A stretch of 64,000 nucleotides of DNA from Eledone cirrhosa (Eukaryota), in contig OZ024741.1 of assembly GCA_964016885.1 (NCBI GenBank), positions 162,688,001 through 162,752,000 of the forward strand, in the 5' to 3' direction. Below, in pieces: positions 1 to 13,800 of the stretch. The notes below the pieces were generated by a model. That model was not told where the DNA came from. It worked only from the letters and a program-made list of their open reading frames with translations, and ran no database searches. How positions within the stretch are numbered: the first letter of the stretch is position 1; the number at the start of each line of letters is the position of its first letter. Position numbers and translations under genes: made by a program.

Positions 1-949
1 TACTACTGTACGTCGGTATACATATATGTATGTACGTGTACATACTTATATTTAAGTAACAGCCGTACTAAGAGTGGGAAATGAAATATCGTTTCATTTT
101 TTCCGTTTATATATATATATATATATATATATAATGGAAACTTAGAAAATTAGACATATATATATATAATATAAGTATGTACACGTACATACATATATGT
201 ATACAGACGTACAGTAGTATGTATATATATATACATACATGCACACATATATATATGTACGTATGGATTCACCGAACATTTATTATAATGCTCGGTGTGT
301 TTGTAAACAAACATCCCGTATCAAGCCGTAGTGTCTAGCAACCATCGTTGCTCGTTTGTTCAACACTGACAAAGGAACGCTGTACTAGTTTCAAGCTTAT
401 TAGCTATCGTCAGCAACGTATACCTTCCTGCCAGATTGCTGAACGTATATACTTACCTTATGCATATTAACGGCTGAGTAGCCCAATTTGCATATCGAGT
501 GGGTTAATCGGCCGGGTGCACCGAAAACGATAAACGGAATAAAATGAAACGAAATTTCATTTCCCACTCTTAGTACGGCTGTTACTTAAATATAAGTATG
601 TACACGTACATACATATATGTATACAGACGTACAGTAGTATGTATATATATATACATACATGCACACATATATATATGTACGTATGGATTCACCGAACAT
701 TTATTATAATGCTCGGTGTGTTTGTAAACAAACATCCCGTATTAAGCCGTAGTGTCTAACAACCACCGTTGCTCGTTTGCCCAACACTGACAAATACGTA
801 CATATATATATGTGCGCATGTATGTATATATATATACATACTACTGTACGTCTGTATACATATATGTATGTACGTGTACATACTTATATTTAAGTAACAG
901 CCGTACTAAGAGTGGGAAATGAAATTTCGTTTCATTTTTTTCCGTTTAT
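1..949 (-). mobile_element. Non-coding PLE pseudo-LTR / retrozyme-like element (421-bp unit, ~1.5 tandem copies plus inverted partial copies)
   Basis: 171-372 recurs directly at 592-793 (offset 421). 795-949 and 1-110 are reverse complements of parts of 530-684. It lies among (TA)n tracts and contains the HHR motif at 377-419. Confidence 0.7.
377..419 (-). ncRNA. Minimal type I hammerhead ribozyme (family A)
   Basis: Minus strand reads ACGTTG CTGACGA T AGCT AATA AGCT T GAAA CTAG TA CAGCGT: 6-bp helix I, CUGANGA/GAAA core, helix II AGCT/AGCT, palindromic helix III (ACTAGT), GUA cleavage triplet. Confidence 0.85.
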
Positions 950-1028
950 ATATAATACAATATGTTGAAAAGGTAACACACTAGAGAGGGATATAGTGCG
1001 CCATCAATCTATGGCTCCGTTAATTTAT

Positions 1029-1067
<39 letters not shown>

Positions 1068-1104
1068 ATTAAATAAATGGAAACTATATTTATAAAACCA
1101 TATT

Positions 1105-1170
1105 TATTTCATTATATATATTTCAGGGATATCATATTAACAATATGCTATGCCTTCCTCAGACAAAATA
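1105..1170 (-). ncRNA. Type I hammerhead ribozyme (family B), inverted-arm copy
   Basis: Reverse complement of 1668-1733. Confidence 0.7.
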
Positions 1171-1667
1171 CAATATAAACAGTTTTATAGATAAATAGAT
1201 TCGACATACCGTAACAACATCTACTTGCATTTGAGAAGGTTGATTTGGTAGTGACAAAATTGTACACAGAGAGAAAGAAAGAGAGAGAGAAAGAGAGAAA
1301 AAGGGAGAAAAAAAAGGAAAGAAAGACAGAAAACGAAGAAAGACGTCCCACTACCTAGCTTTCTATATATATGTATCCATCTCTATTTCCTCTCTCTCTA
1401 TATATATATATCTCTTTCTGTTTCTTTACATGAAGTTCTTCTCTTTATCTATCTTTCCATCTCTCTATTTTGTTCCATGCATTTCTTCTTTTTCTTTTTC
1501 TTCGTTTTCTGTCTTTCTTTCCTTTTTTTTCTCCCTTTTTCTCTCTTTCTCTCTCTCTTTCTTTCTCTCTGTGTACAATTTTGTCACTACCAAATCAACC
1601 TTCTCAAATGCAAGTAGATGTTGTTACGGTATGTCGAATCTATTTATCTATAAAACTGTTTATATTG

Positions 1668-1733
1668 TATTTTGTCTGAGGAAGGCATAGCATATTGTTA
1701 ATATGATATCCCTGAAATATATATAATGAAATA
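1668..1733 (+). ncRNA. Type I hammerhead ribozyme (family B)
   Basis: TATTTTGT CTGAGGA AGG-C-ATA-G-CATATT-GTT-AATATG-A-TAT-C-CCT GAAA TATATA TA ATGAAATA: 8-bp helix I (2 GU), long helix II, palindromic helix III, AUA triplet. Confidence 0.7.
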
Positions 1734-1862
1734 AATATGGTTTTATAAATATAGTTTCCATTTATTTAATATTGTAAATATACTCCAAATATTTGTCGAG
1801 TGCTTTTATATCAGTTATAAATATTTACTAGTTGTAACCCAACAATTTAAATATAACTTTCC

Positions 1863-3535
<1,673 letters not shown>

Positions 3536-4500
3536 AGGGCGCTTATTTGAACAAAATCAATTAATAGTTAATGGTAAAAAAAATTAGAAGTTAAAGGTAT
3601 TGTCGTTGGTGGGTGGGGGTGGTGGTTGGGGGTTGTTTACGAGTACGCAACAAAGATAGAAAACAGGCAAAGAACATTGAATGTAAAAAACAACAACAAA
3701 AAGTTTTGAAAAAGTTAAAATTTATATATAGATTTAATTCATTGTTTCTTTAAATAACTTTTTGTTAGCGAATGCGAGTGCCGACATATTGAAAAAATAG
3801 GTGAAGAAATTAGAAACTTTAAAAGGTTTATAAACTATATCACACACACATTCACATGTGCGTCTGTACACACATGCACACGTGCGTCTGTACACACACA
3901 TGCACTCTCTCTACACACCTATACTTTCTCTGTCTCTTTCTCTCTCATACGCACCCAGTAAAATTCACAGACGCACAACGAAATACACACATGCACTGAA
4001 CCAAATATACACATACACTAGACCACATATGACTACCTACACACACACACACACACACATAGACATACGCACACATACGTTCTTCTCTCTCTTTGTCTAT
4101 CTCTATCACTCTCACACAGTTATATTTATACATACATATATGTATAAGTCTGTGGGTGTACACCTATGTGTGTATATGATTGTGTATATCAATATTTATA
4201 CCAAATGTCGACTTTATTTCATTCGACTTCTATATAATAGGTGGTTATGAATCGCTAAAAAAGCTCTTCAGAAAGAAGTCGCCGGCAAGTTTCATCACAG
4301 GGTCAGAGATCTTATGGAAAAGGAAACTTCACGCACTGTCCGCTATTTCTCTGTGGAGCGCTTCCTATCATGACGTAACAGGCACAAAATCAATAACGAT
4401 AATAAAATATAAAATAAAATAAATCTGTGGGAAAGTAAAGAAAAATACAATTAGTAAATGATATAGTGAGATTGTATTTAGAAACTCACACGCATACATG

Positions 4501-4532
<32 letters not shown>

Positions 4533-4546
4533 TGTATGTATGTATG

Positions 4547-4580
<34 letters not shown>

Positions 4581-4855
4581 TGTATGTATATATATATATA
4601 TATATATACTTACACATACAAAAACCATAATGGTTCTTCATCACTTTCGACAATGAATATTTAGCTGTTCAATCAAATGAACTACTTGATCCTTGAATTA
4701 ACATGAACGTGGCTGAGTATTCAGTAGACATACGCCGCATTGCGCAATCTTGTACCAGAATGAACGTGATGAAATAACATCGCTGGACGTTTCAAGTATA
4801 GATGTAATCCATTCGACAGTCCTCTGCTCAGTTCCCTCCACTTAGTTTTCATTTT

Positions 4856-4887
<32 letters not shown>

Positions 4888-4917
4888 TGTATGTATGTAT
4901 GTATGTATGTATGTATG

Positions 4918-5616
4918 TTCTTCTGGTTTTATAATTTCACAAAGTTTTACCAATAGAGAGAGAGTCGGTTTCTAACATAGACACAAGAATCTCTCATTGG
5001 AATTTACACAACATCAACTAGGTAGATATGTATGTATGCATGCATGTGTAGATATGGATGTTATTGTATGTGTAGATGTGTATGTTTTGAGTTGTATGTG
5101 TGCATGTGTATATGCTTTGTATCTGTACATGTGTATATGCAGTTATTAGATGCAACATTTTTGGAATGTTTTACATATTTTTACTGTTCTATTAATGGAT
5201 TGTACTTGTAATTTCCTAACTAGTTGTGTTCTTTCTGTTCCTGTGAAGCCTAGCTTCTCAAGATTTGTATTGAGGCAGTTACTAACATATCCCAGTGCCC
5301 CAATAATCACAGGCATAAATCTGAAGGTGTAATCAGGGTGGAGTATCTGCAGATTTCTCATCAGTTCTGCATAAATATTCTCCTTTTCACTAATATTTGA
5401 TATTATATTGGCATCTGCTGGCAGCTAATTTCCACTACTGTGCATGTTTTCTTCTCCCTGTCCCATATCATAATATCTGGTCTGTTATGCCTGCATTTTA
5501 TTGGGGTTTTTACTGGAACATTCCACCAGTACTCTTTCATATTATGTACATGGATGTCTTCCACATTGTTGTAGCTTTTAATGTGTTTATCATCGGGGCT
5601 ATCTTTTTTACGAACA

Positions 5617-5618
<2 letters not shown>
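4918..5618 (-). mobile_element. 5'-truncated R4/Dong-like non-LTR retrotransposon (restriction-like endonuclease C-terminus plus 3' UTR)
   Basis: Minus-strand translation EYWWNVPVKTPIKCRHNRPDIMIWDREKKTCTVVEISC...ENIYAELMRNLQILHPDYTFRFMPVIIGALG carries the PD..E RLE motif and is frameshifted. Flanked by (TATG)n on both sides. Confidence 0.75.
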
Positions 5619-5647
<29 letters not shown>

Positions 5648-5717
5648 TGTATGTATGTATGTATGTATGTATGTATGTATGTATGTATGTATGTTTGTAT
5701 GTATATATGTATGTATG

Positions 5718-6282
5718 TAACCTGTCTCATGGTGGGGTCGTTGGCGACTAAACTGGCAACCCCACCAAGGTTTCTTGGTGAGGAGGGTGATTTTGGACAT
5801 CCTGCAGGACTAAAAACAAAACCTGTCAAAGGGCAAAGGAGCTCTTAAGAGTCAATGGCCATCCAAAATCACCGGGAGAGATGACCCCTTAGCCTTTGTC
5901 AAGGCAGAATTCTAGGAGAAGGAAAACTCTGATATAACACCTGCAACTCTGATGGTATCTGATGATGTTGACTTGTTCTTCTTTTTGGTAAATATCATCT
6001 TGGTTAAGAGAGTGGGACTGGCTTTGTGTAGGGGCTTTGCTCACTATAAAAGCTTCACGGCACAGGCATTGCTTTATATCTGGAGATCTCTCTGCACTTG
6101 TCGTCACATGGTACCATGGGCCCAGCACTATGTGTCAATACTTGTCAAGAGTGTAGTGTTTGTATTAGAGTTTTCAAGTTGCTGGCTGGACTAAAAAGTC
6201 ACACTCGTTCAGCGCAGCGGTGGGGGTTCTCCTACATGGATATAAAGTAGTGGCCATACTCGAAAACGAGTTGGCAGCTACC
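5718..6282. mobile_element. ~0.6-kb non-coding interspersed element, copy 1
   Basis: High identity to 7992-8393 and 44245-44846; bounded by (TATG)n. Confidence 0.85.
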
Positions 6283-6340
6283 ATGTACGTATGCATGTAT
6301 GTATGTATGTATGTATGTATGTATGTATGTATGTATGTAT

Positions 6341-6770
6341 GAGAAAATAGAACCGGTTTCTAAAATAAAACAAGACTGTTTTATTGGAATTAATGTAGTG
6401 TGGTTGCATCTTCCTGATGAGCTGCATTCTGTTTGTTTCTGCGAAACCCATCTTCTTAAGATTTGTAATGAGGCCATTAGTATCATATCAAAGTGCCCCA
6501 AAGATCACAGGTACAAATCTAATGGCGGAGTATCTGCAGGTTACTCATTAGTTCGGGATAAATATTCTTCTTTTCGCAAATCTTTAACACTATATTAGCA
6601 TCTACTGGACAGCTGATTTCCACTACTGTGAATGCCTTTTTTTTCTTTTTCCCATATCATTATGTCTAGCCATTTATGTTAATGTTTTATAAGGATTTAA
6701 ACTGTAACGTTCTACCGGTACTTGTTTATATATGTGCATCTGCCATTACATCACTGTAACTACACATTGC
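6341..6770 (-). mobile_element. Second, more decayed R4/Dong-like RLE fragment
   Basis: Similar to 5146-5540 (gctgatttccactactgtg, ttcccatatcat, gtgccc motifs); 3' end abuts (TATG)n. Confidence 0.65.
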
Positions 6771-6811
6771 ATTTTATATTGTTTAGACCACCACATCATG
6801 ACTCATAGGCA

Positions 6812-7003
6812 AATAATTGTTTCTACTTTTGGCACAAGACCAGCAATTATCCCAGTACATTACTGGTACTTTATTTTATCGACCCCGTAAGGATGAAAGG
6901 CGAAGTTAACCTCGGCGGGATTTGAACTCAGAATGACCAGGGCCGTAACTCTATGCGTCAAAGCATGGCGTCCGACCCTCTACCGATACTGACAATCCAC
7001 CGT
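6812..7003 (-). mobile_element. tRNA-derived SINE (young family, Nin/Deu-like central domain)
   Basis: Minus strand has an A-box-like head, B box GAGTTCAAATCCC, GCCTTTCATCCTTACGGGGTCGATAAAATAAAGTACCAG and an ATT tail; about 22 copies in the window. Confidence 0.85.
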
Positions 7004-7019
7004 AAATAATATCGGGATG

Positions 7020-7750
7020 ACATCTTCGAACAGTTGCTTATGATAACCTATTCTGACAGCCAAGGGCTTGTGAGTATCCCCACTAACGCCTGTGCAGTCA
7101 TTTCTGGCACCACGCCTGAATAGTTGAGTTTCAATCCTCCATCCAAATCTACAGTATCAGAACGACGGAACTTTGTTGAGGAAACCCCGAATACATCTAG
7201 CCGGTAGCATCTAGCCACCACCACTAATTCCTGCTCTTTACCTGTAAGGGTTGTGATGTTCCAGGTTCAAACTGTCAAGGTTTGCTAACTTCCGAAGCCT
7301 CTTTGGGCTCTCGGAATACGCAGTCTTTGTGCATCCATCCCACGACTCCCAGGACAGGTCGCATACTCATCGCCAGTTTTTGTTGCATAGAATGGAGACT
7401 CCAATATATTTTTCTAAGATGCTCCTCTACCTAAGTCCTGAACGTGTCCCTTGTTAATCCGCACGAAGGACGATACGGTATAGTTCTTTTTCGTTCTTCT
7501 CACCATATTGTTGTTTTGGTGGTCTTATTCACACCAGTCACTAATCTGGTGCTTTCTCAAATCCGCAAGGACTAGGGTTTTTTAGAGGCAGCCTTTACTC
7601 GCCTCGTCATATCTACATCACTGGGTTGTGAGAGTTTGCTTGGGAGCTGTTGGTCAGGTGTTGCTTATTCGACCGGCAGCTGACCGCTTACATCACAACT
7701 AAACATCATATATGGTGGCTATATCGCTATTCGTCACTTGCAATCCGTTC
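7020..7750 (-). mobile_element. RTE-clade LINE 5' fragment (APE endonuclease N-terminus)
   Basis: Minus translation LTV*TWNITTLTGKEQELVVVARCYRLDVFGVSSTK...LNYSGV...VGILTSP matches the RTE APE start; contains stops. Upstream boundary approximate. Confidence 0.7.
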
Positions 7751-7961
7751 TTTAGTAGAACAACTCTGTTCCTGGATTTCAAAAGTCTATCCATCAAAGT
7801 GAGAGCTAATATATAGGTTGTTGGCCCTAAGATAGACTACTTTGGTTATTTATATTACTCTCATTTTGAAGTAGACGTTGTGGAAGAGATATGATGAATG
7901 TATGTAATGTAGAGTCGAAGCGAAATGATGCATGCATCATGTATGTATGTATGTATGTATG

Positions 7962-7991
<30 letters not shown>

Positions 7992-7992
<1 letters not shown>

Positions 7993-8393
7993 GGTCACCA
8001 GTTGGTGCTACTGGTAACATGTATCCCAGTACAACCTGTCTCATGGTCGGGTCGTTGGCGACTAAACTGGCAACCCCACCAAGGTTTCTTGGTGAGGAGG
8101 GTGACTAGACATCCTGCAGGACTAAAAACAAAACCTGTCAAAGGGCAAAGGAGCTCTTAAGAGTCAATGGCCATCCAAAATCACCGGGAGAGATGACCCC
8201 TTAGCCTTTGTCAAGGCAGAATTCTAGAAGAAGGAAAACTCTGATATAACACCTGCAACCCTGATGGTATCCAATGATGTTGACTTGTTCTTCTTTTTGG
8301 TAAATATCATCTTGGTTAAGAGAGTGGGACTGGCTTTGTGCAGTGCTCTTACTCACTATAAAAGCTTCACGGCACATGCATTGCTTTATATCT
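7992..8393. mobile_element. ~0.6-kb non-coding element, copy 2 (truncated at the RTE fragment)
   Basis: Matches 5718-6080 and 44245-44645; follows (TATG)n. Confidence 0.85.
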
Positions 8394-9150
8394 GTCCATA
8401 CCATCTCAGCCTTCTCTCCTGCACACCACAACTTATCCCTTTTATACCCAGTTTCTTTCTCAACTCGTCTATGCTAGGTTGTTCACGCACATTGGCATTG
8501 CACATCCAACGAAGCATACTTGCTTCATTTCTCTCCAGCCGTCGCATATCTTCTGCAGTTGCTGCCCATGTCTCACTACCATGCAGCATCGCGCATCTCA
8601 CACAGGCATCATATAACCGTCCTTTCGTACGCAGGGAGAAACCCTTCTTTGTCAATAGAGGAAGCAGCTCCCTAAACTTCTTCCAACCTGTCCTTATTCT
8701 AGATACTATGGCCTCGGAACATCCCCCTCCCATGTTAATCTGATCACCTAGGTACCGGAAGCTATCAACTACCTCTATAGAACCCACCTGCATTGGAAAA
8801 ATGTGTCTATCACTGCGATTACTACTGCCAACTTTCCTTGTACATCTACTGCATACGTAGTTTTCCCTACCTGTGAGTTTGCCTGCTATCCCACTACATC
8901 TCTTGTGTACCCAAGATCTACATTGCGTACATTTTATGGAATTTATGCCAGTTCCTTTCCTACATATCGAACATGGCCATTTCCCCGATGGAATCAGAGT
9001 ATTGTCCTCCCTTCTACTTATCAACACTTTTGTTTTAGCTAGGTTCACTCTCAGGCCTCTTGATTCCAACTGCTGTTTCCATAGCCAGAATTTATTCTCT
9101 AGCTCGTCTACTGGTTCTGCTTTAAGAACCAGATCATCAGCATACACACA
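8394..9150 (-). pseudogene. RTE-clade LINE reverse transcriptase C-terminal fragment with PHD-like Cys insert
   Basis: ORF 8386..9294: YADDLVL, GLRVNLAKTKVL, WPCSICRKG..CTQC..WVHKRCSG, VDSFRYLGD, MLHGSETW, RRLRWYG. Confidence 0.9.
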
Positions 9151-9818
9151 AATTAGTCTCGTAGCTAAGTCGGACACTATATCGTCTTCTTGAACAATGC
9201 ATCTAATTTCACGTTGCTTCACATGATAGCTGGGGACCCTATCGCTTAAACATCCGAGTAACCTCCGATGCGATGCAACTTCGTATGATACCAACTAAAA
9301 CTGCATACTACATGGGTTTGAGCTGTAAATTCCATTTTATTTTTTTGTTGTAATATCAGCAATAGAAAGTAAAATAAAAGAGTACATTTAATTAAATGTG
9401 TAACTTTATTAAATGCAAATTTATTTGTTGCTTGCAGGAAATTAATGAGACGTAACAGTTTCTGACAGGAAGCGTTGTGGCTAATTAAGCAATTGTTGTT
9501 TCCTTTATAAATACATTTAAACAAAAACATTTTTTCAAAAATGTTACAAAATATTATATTGAGCCATGCTCGAGTGACCCTAGTGCTTGCCTGATACATT
9601 TCTCCTGTCAATCTTGGGCAGGCATGGTTGTGTGGTTTAGGAGTTGCATTTCTAAACCACGTGGTTTCTGGTTTCAGTCCTGCTACGCGGCATCTTGGGC
9701 AAGTGTCTACTATGATAGGGTCTTGTTGGCCAATCCTTTATGGATGGAATTTGGTATACAGAAATTTCAGAAACCTGATATATATAGATATGCGTAAAAC
9801 CTATTTCTTTATCTCATG

Positions 9819-9859
<41 letters not shown>

Positions 9860-10866
9860 TAAGAAAATTAACAAAGAAAGGAGAAGACAACGAACGAAAA
9901 CAAAAACAAAACGAAAAACATTGAAAACAAATATACAAACGAATGGCACAGAACTCCATGGTCATTGGCCGTTGGGATGGACTTGGGCAGTTTCGACCCT
10001 ACCAACGGTACTGCTGGTCCATCCGGGGTCACAGCGTCTGACATAAGCCAAACGCTGTCCAAAGGTGTCAGAAAAGAAAGACAAACAGTAATATATAGCC
10101 ATTAAGCTATAAAACAAATTTTGTGTGACGTTAGGGAAATGTCTGGTGCCTCACATAGCACGTGAAACAGATATATTTATAATATATATACACACATATA
10201 TATATATATATATATAACATTGTATGCGAAGCTCAAACATTCGAATATCCGAAGTACTGAAAGAATATAAAGTTCATAGAATATGTAATATGCTGAGGCA
10301 GAGAAAAATACCTGATGTTACAAATAGCATATAAAACCGCCGAAGTATGTTAATACAAAAGAAAATCTTATTACTGGTTTCAAAGTTAAAATAAGAGTGC
10401 ATTTCTTAAATTTCGTGAATAAATTGTTTGCGAAACGAAGCGTGAAACTTTCTACATCCCCAGAACCATATAAAACGTTATCCAATAAAAATGATGATTA
10501 AATAAAAGACCGGACTTCACTTAACATGCCCCGCAAATAAAACATAAATTATGTAAATTGACACACACAACAATAACAAAAGTAGAAATATTGATGATGA
10601 GGATGATGATAAGAATAATAATCATGATGATAATGATGATGATTTCTTTATTCAGAACGAAGGGAATGCAAATGCAAAAGCTCTCGTTTACTATCGCTTC
10701 TTCAATATATTTTCCAGCCATAAAATTCCAATCTCTACAGTCTTTAGAGTGGTAGAGAAAAATAACTAAAGAAAGAAATTTCGTATCGTATTTATTTTAG
10801 AAATAAACATAGAATTTTATTTGGTTCCATCTGCTAGATAGAAACAAAGTGCAGTAAAATATTTTT

Positions 10867-13800
10867 TATGTCCTAATGTTGTAATACAGAGAGCTTTACT
10901 CCATATTATATCTACTGTTGTCCTAATGTAATACAGAGAGTTTTACTTCATATTATATCTACTGTTATGTCCTAATGTAATACAGAGAGCTTTACTCCAT
11001 ATTATATCTAATGTTATGTCCTAATGTTGTAATACAGAGAGCTTTACTCCATATTATATCTACTGTTATGTCCTAATGTTGTAATACAGAGAGCTTTACT
11101 CCATATTATATCTACTGTTATGTCCTAATGTAATACAGAGAGCTTTACTCCATATTATATCTACTGTTATGTCCTAATGTTGTAATACAGAGAGCTTTAC
11201 TCCATATTATATCTACTGTTATGTCCTAATGTTGTAATACAGAGAGCTTTACTCCATATTATATCTACTGTTATGTCCTAATGTAATACAGAGAGCTTTA
11301 CTCCATATTATATCTACTGTTATGTCCTAATGTTGTAATACAGAGAGCTTTACTCCATATTATATCTACTGTTATGTCCTAATGTAATACAGAGAGCTTT
11401 ACTTCATATTATATCTACTGTTATGTCCTAATGTAATACAGAGAGCTTTACTCCATATTATATCTACTGTTATGTCCTAATGTAATACAGAGAGCTTTAC
11501 TCCATATTATATCTACTGTTATGTCCTAATGTTGGTAATACAGAGAGCTTTACTCCATATTATATCTACTGTTATGTCCTAATGTAATACAGAGAGCTTT
11601 ACTCCATATTATATCTACTGTTATGTCCTAATGTAATACAGAGAGCTTTACTCCATATTATATCTAATGTTATGTCCTAATGTCGTAATACAGAGAGCTT
11701 TACTCCATATTATATCTACTGTTATGTCCTAATGTTGTAATACAGAGAGCTTTACTCCATATTATATCTACTGTTATGTCCTAATGTAATACAGAGAGCT
11801 TTACTCCATATTATATCTACTGTTATGTCCTAATGTAATACAGAGAGCTTTACTCCATATTATATCTACTGTAATGTCCTAATGTTGTAATACAGAGAGC
11901 TTTACTCCATATTATATCTACTGTTATGTCCTAATGTTGTAATACAGAGAGCTTTACTCCATATTATATCTACTGTTATGTCCTAATGTAATACAGAGAG
12001 CTTTACTCCATATTATATCTACTGTTATGTCCTAATGTTGTAATACAGAGAGCTTTACTCCATATTATATCTACTGTTATGTCCTAATGTTGTAATACAG
12101 AGAGCTTTACTCCATATTATATCTACTGTTATGTCCTAATGTTGTAATACAGAGAGCTTTACTCCATATTATATCTACTGTTATGTCCTAATGTAATACA
12201 GAGATCTTTACTCCATATTATATCTACTGTTATGTCCTAATGTTGTAATACAGAGAGCTTTACTCCATATTATATCTACTGTTATGTCCTAATGTAATAC
12301 AGAGAGCTCTACTCCATATTATATCTACTGTTATGTCCCAATGTAATACAGAGAGCTCTACTCCATATTATATCTACTGTTATGTCCTAATGTAATACAG
12401 AGAGCTTTACTCCATATTATATCTACTGTTATGTCCTAATGTAATGCAGAGAGCTTTACTCCATATTATATCTACTGTTATGTCCTAATGTAATACAGAG
12501 AGCTTTACTCCATATTATATCTACTGTTATGTCCTAATGTAATACAGAGAGCTTTACTCCATATTATATCTACTGTTATGTCCTAATGTTGTAATACAGA
12601 GAGCTTTACTCCATATTATATCTACTGTTATGTCCTAATGTAATACAGAGAGCTTTACTCCATATTATATCTAATGTTATGTCCTAATGTAATACAGAGA
12701 GCTTTACTCCATATTATATCTAATGTTATGTCCTAATGTTGTAATACAGAGAGCTTTACTCCATATTATATCTAATGTTATGTCCTAATGTTGTAATACA
12801 GAGAGCTTTACTCCATATTATATCTACTGTTATGTCCTAATGTTGTAATACAGAGAGCTTTACTCCATATTATATCTACTGTTATGTCCTAATGTAATAC
12901 AGAGAGCTTTACTCCATATTATATCTACTGTTATGTCCTAATGTTGTAATACAGAGAGCTTTACTCCATATTATATCTACTGTTATGTCCTAATGTAATA
13001 CAGAGAGCTTTACTTCATATTATATCTACTGTTATGTCCTAATGTTGGTAATACAGAGAGCTTTACTCCATATTATATCTACTGTTATGTCCTAATGTAA
13101 TACAGAGAGCTTTACTTCATATTATATCTACTGTTATGTCCTAATGTAATACAGAGAGCTTTACTCCATATTATATCTACTGTTATGTCCTAATGTAATA
13201 CAGAGAGCTTTACTCCATATTATATCTACTGTTATGTCCTAATGTTGGTAATACAGAGAGCTTTACTCCATATTATATCTACTGTTATGTCCTAATGTAA
13301 TACAGAGAGCTTTACTCCATATTATATCTACTGTTATGTCCTAATGTAATACAGAGAGCTTTACTCCATATTATATCTAATGTTATGTCCTAATGTTGTA
13401 ATACAGAGAGCTTTACTCCATATTATATCTACTGTTATGTCCTAATGTTGTAATACAGAGAGCTTTACTCCATATTATATCTACTGTTATGTCCTAATGT
13501 AATACAGAGAGCTTTACTCCATATTATATCTACTGTTATGTCCTAATGTAATACAGAGAGCTTTACTCCATATTATATCTATTGTAATGTCCTAATGTTG
13601 TAATACAGAGAGCTTTACTCCATATTATATCTACTGTTATGTCCTAATGTTGTAATACAGAGAGCTTTACTCCATATTATATCTACTGTTATGTCCTAAT
13701 GTAATACAGAGAGCTTTACTCCATATTATATCTACTGTTATGTCCTAATGTTGTAATACAGAGAGCTTTACTCCATATTATATCTACTGTTATGTTCTAA

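Larger units (their letters stand above)
1062..1776. repeat. Long inverted repeat (280-bp arms 1062-1341 and 1497-1776), PLE pseudo-LTR-like
   Basis: The arms are reverse complements as read by eye, which explains the duplicated spurious ORFs 1148..1351 and 1430..1690. A (TA)n tract abuts the left arm. Confidence 0.9.

Noticed and set aside
1148-1690. Two identical 'proteins' on opposite strands
   Set aside because: Artefact of the 280-bp inverted repeat; low-complexity CT-rich sequence.
6405-6460. CTGATGA-GC..GC-GAAA-CCCA-TC hammerhead-like string
   Set aside because: The helix I strands do not pair, and it lies antisense within RLE coding remnant; chance match.
7992-8075. HDV-like ribozyme on the plus strand at the left end of the 0.6-kb element (GGTCACC..GGCGACTAA)
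   Set aside because: P1 has a mismatch and no canonical P3/L3 could be placed.
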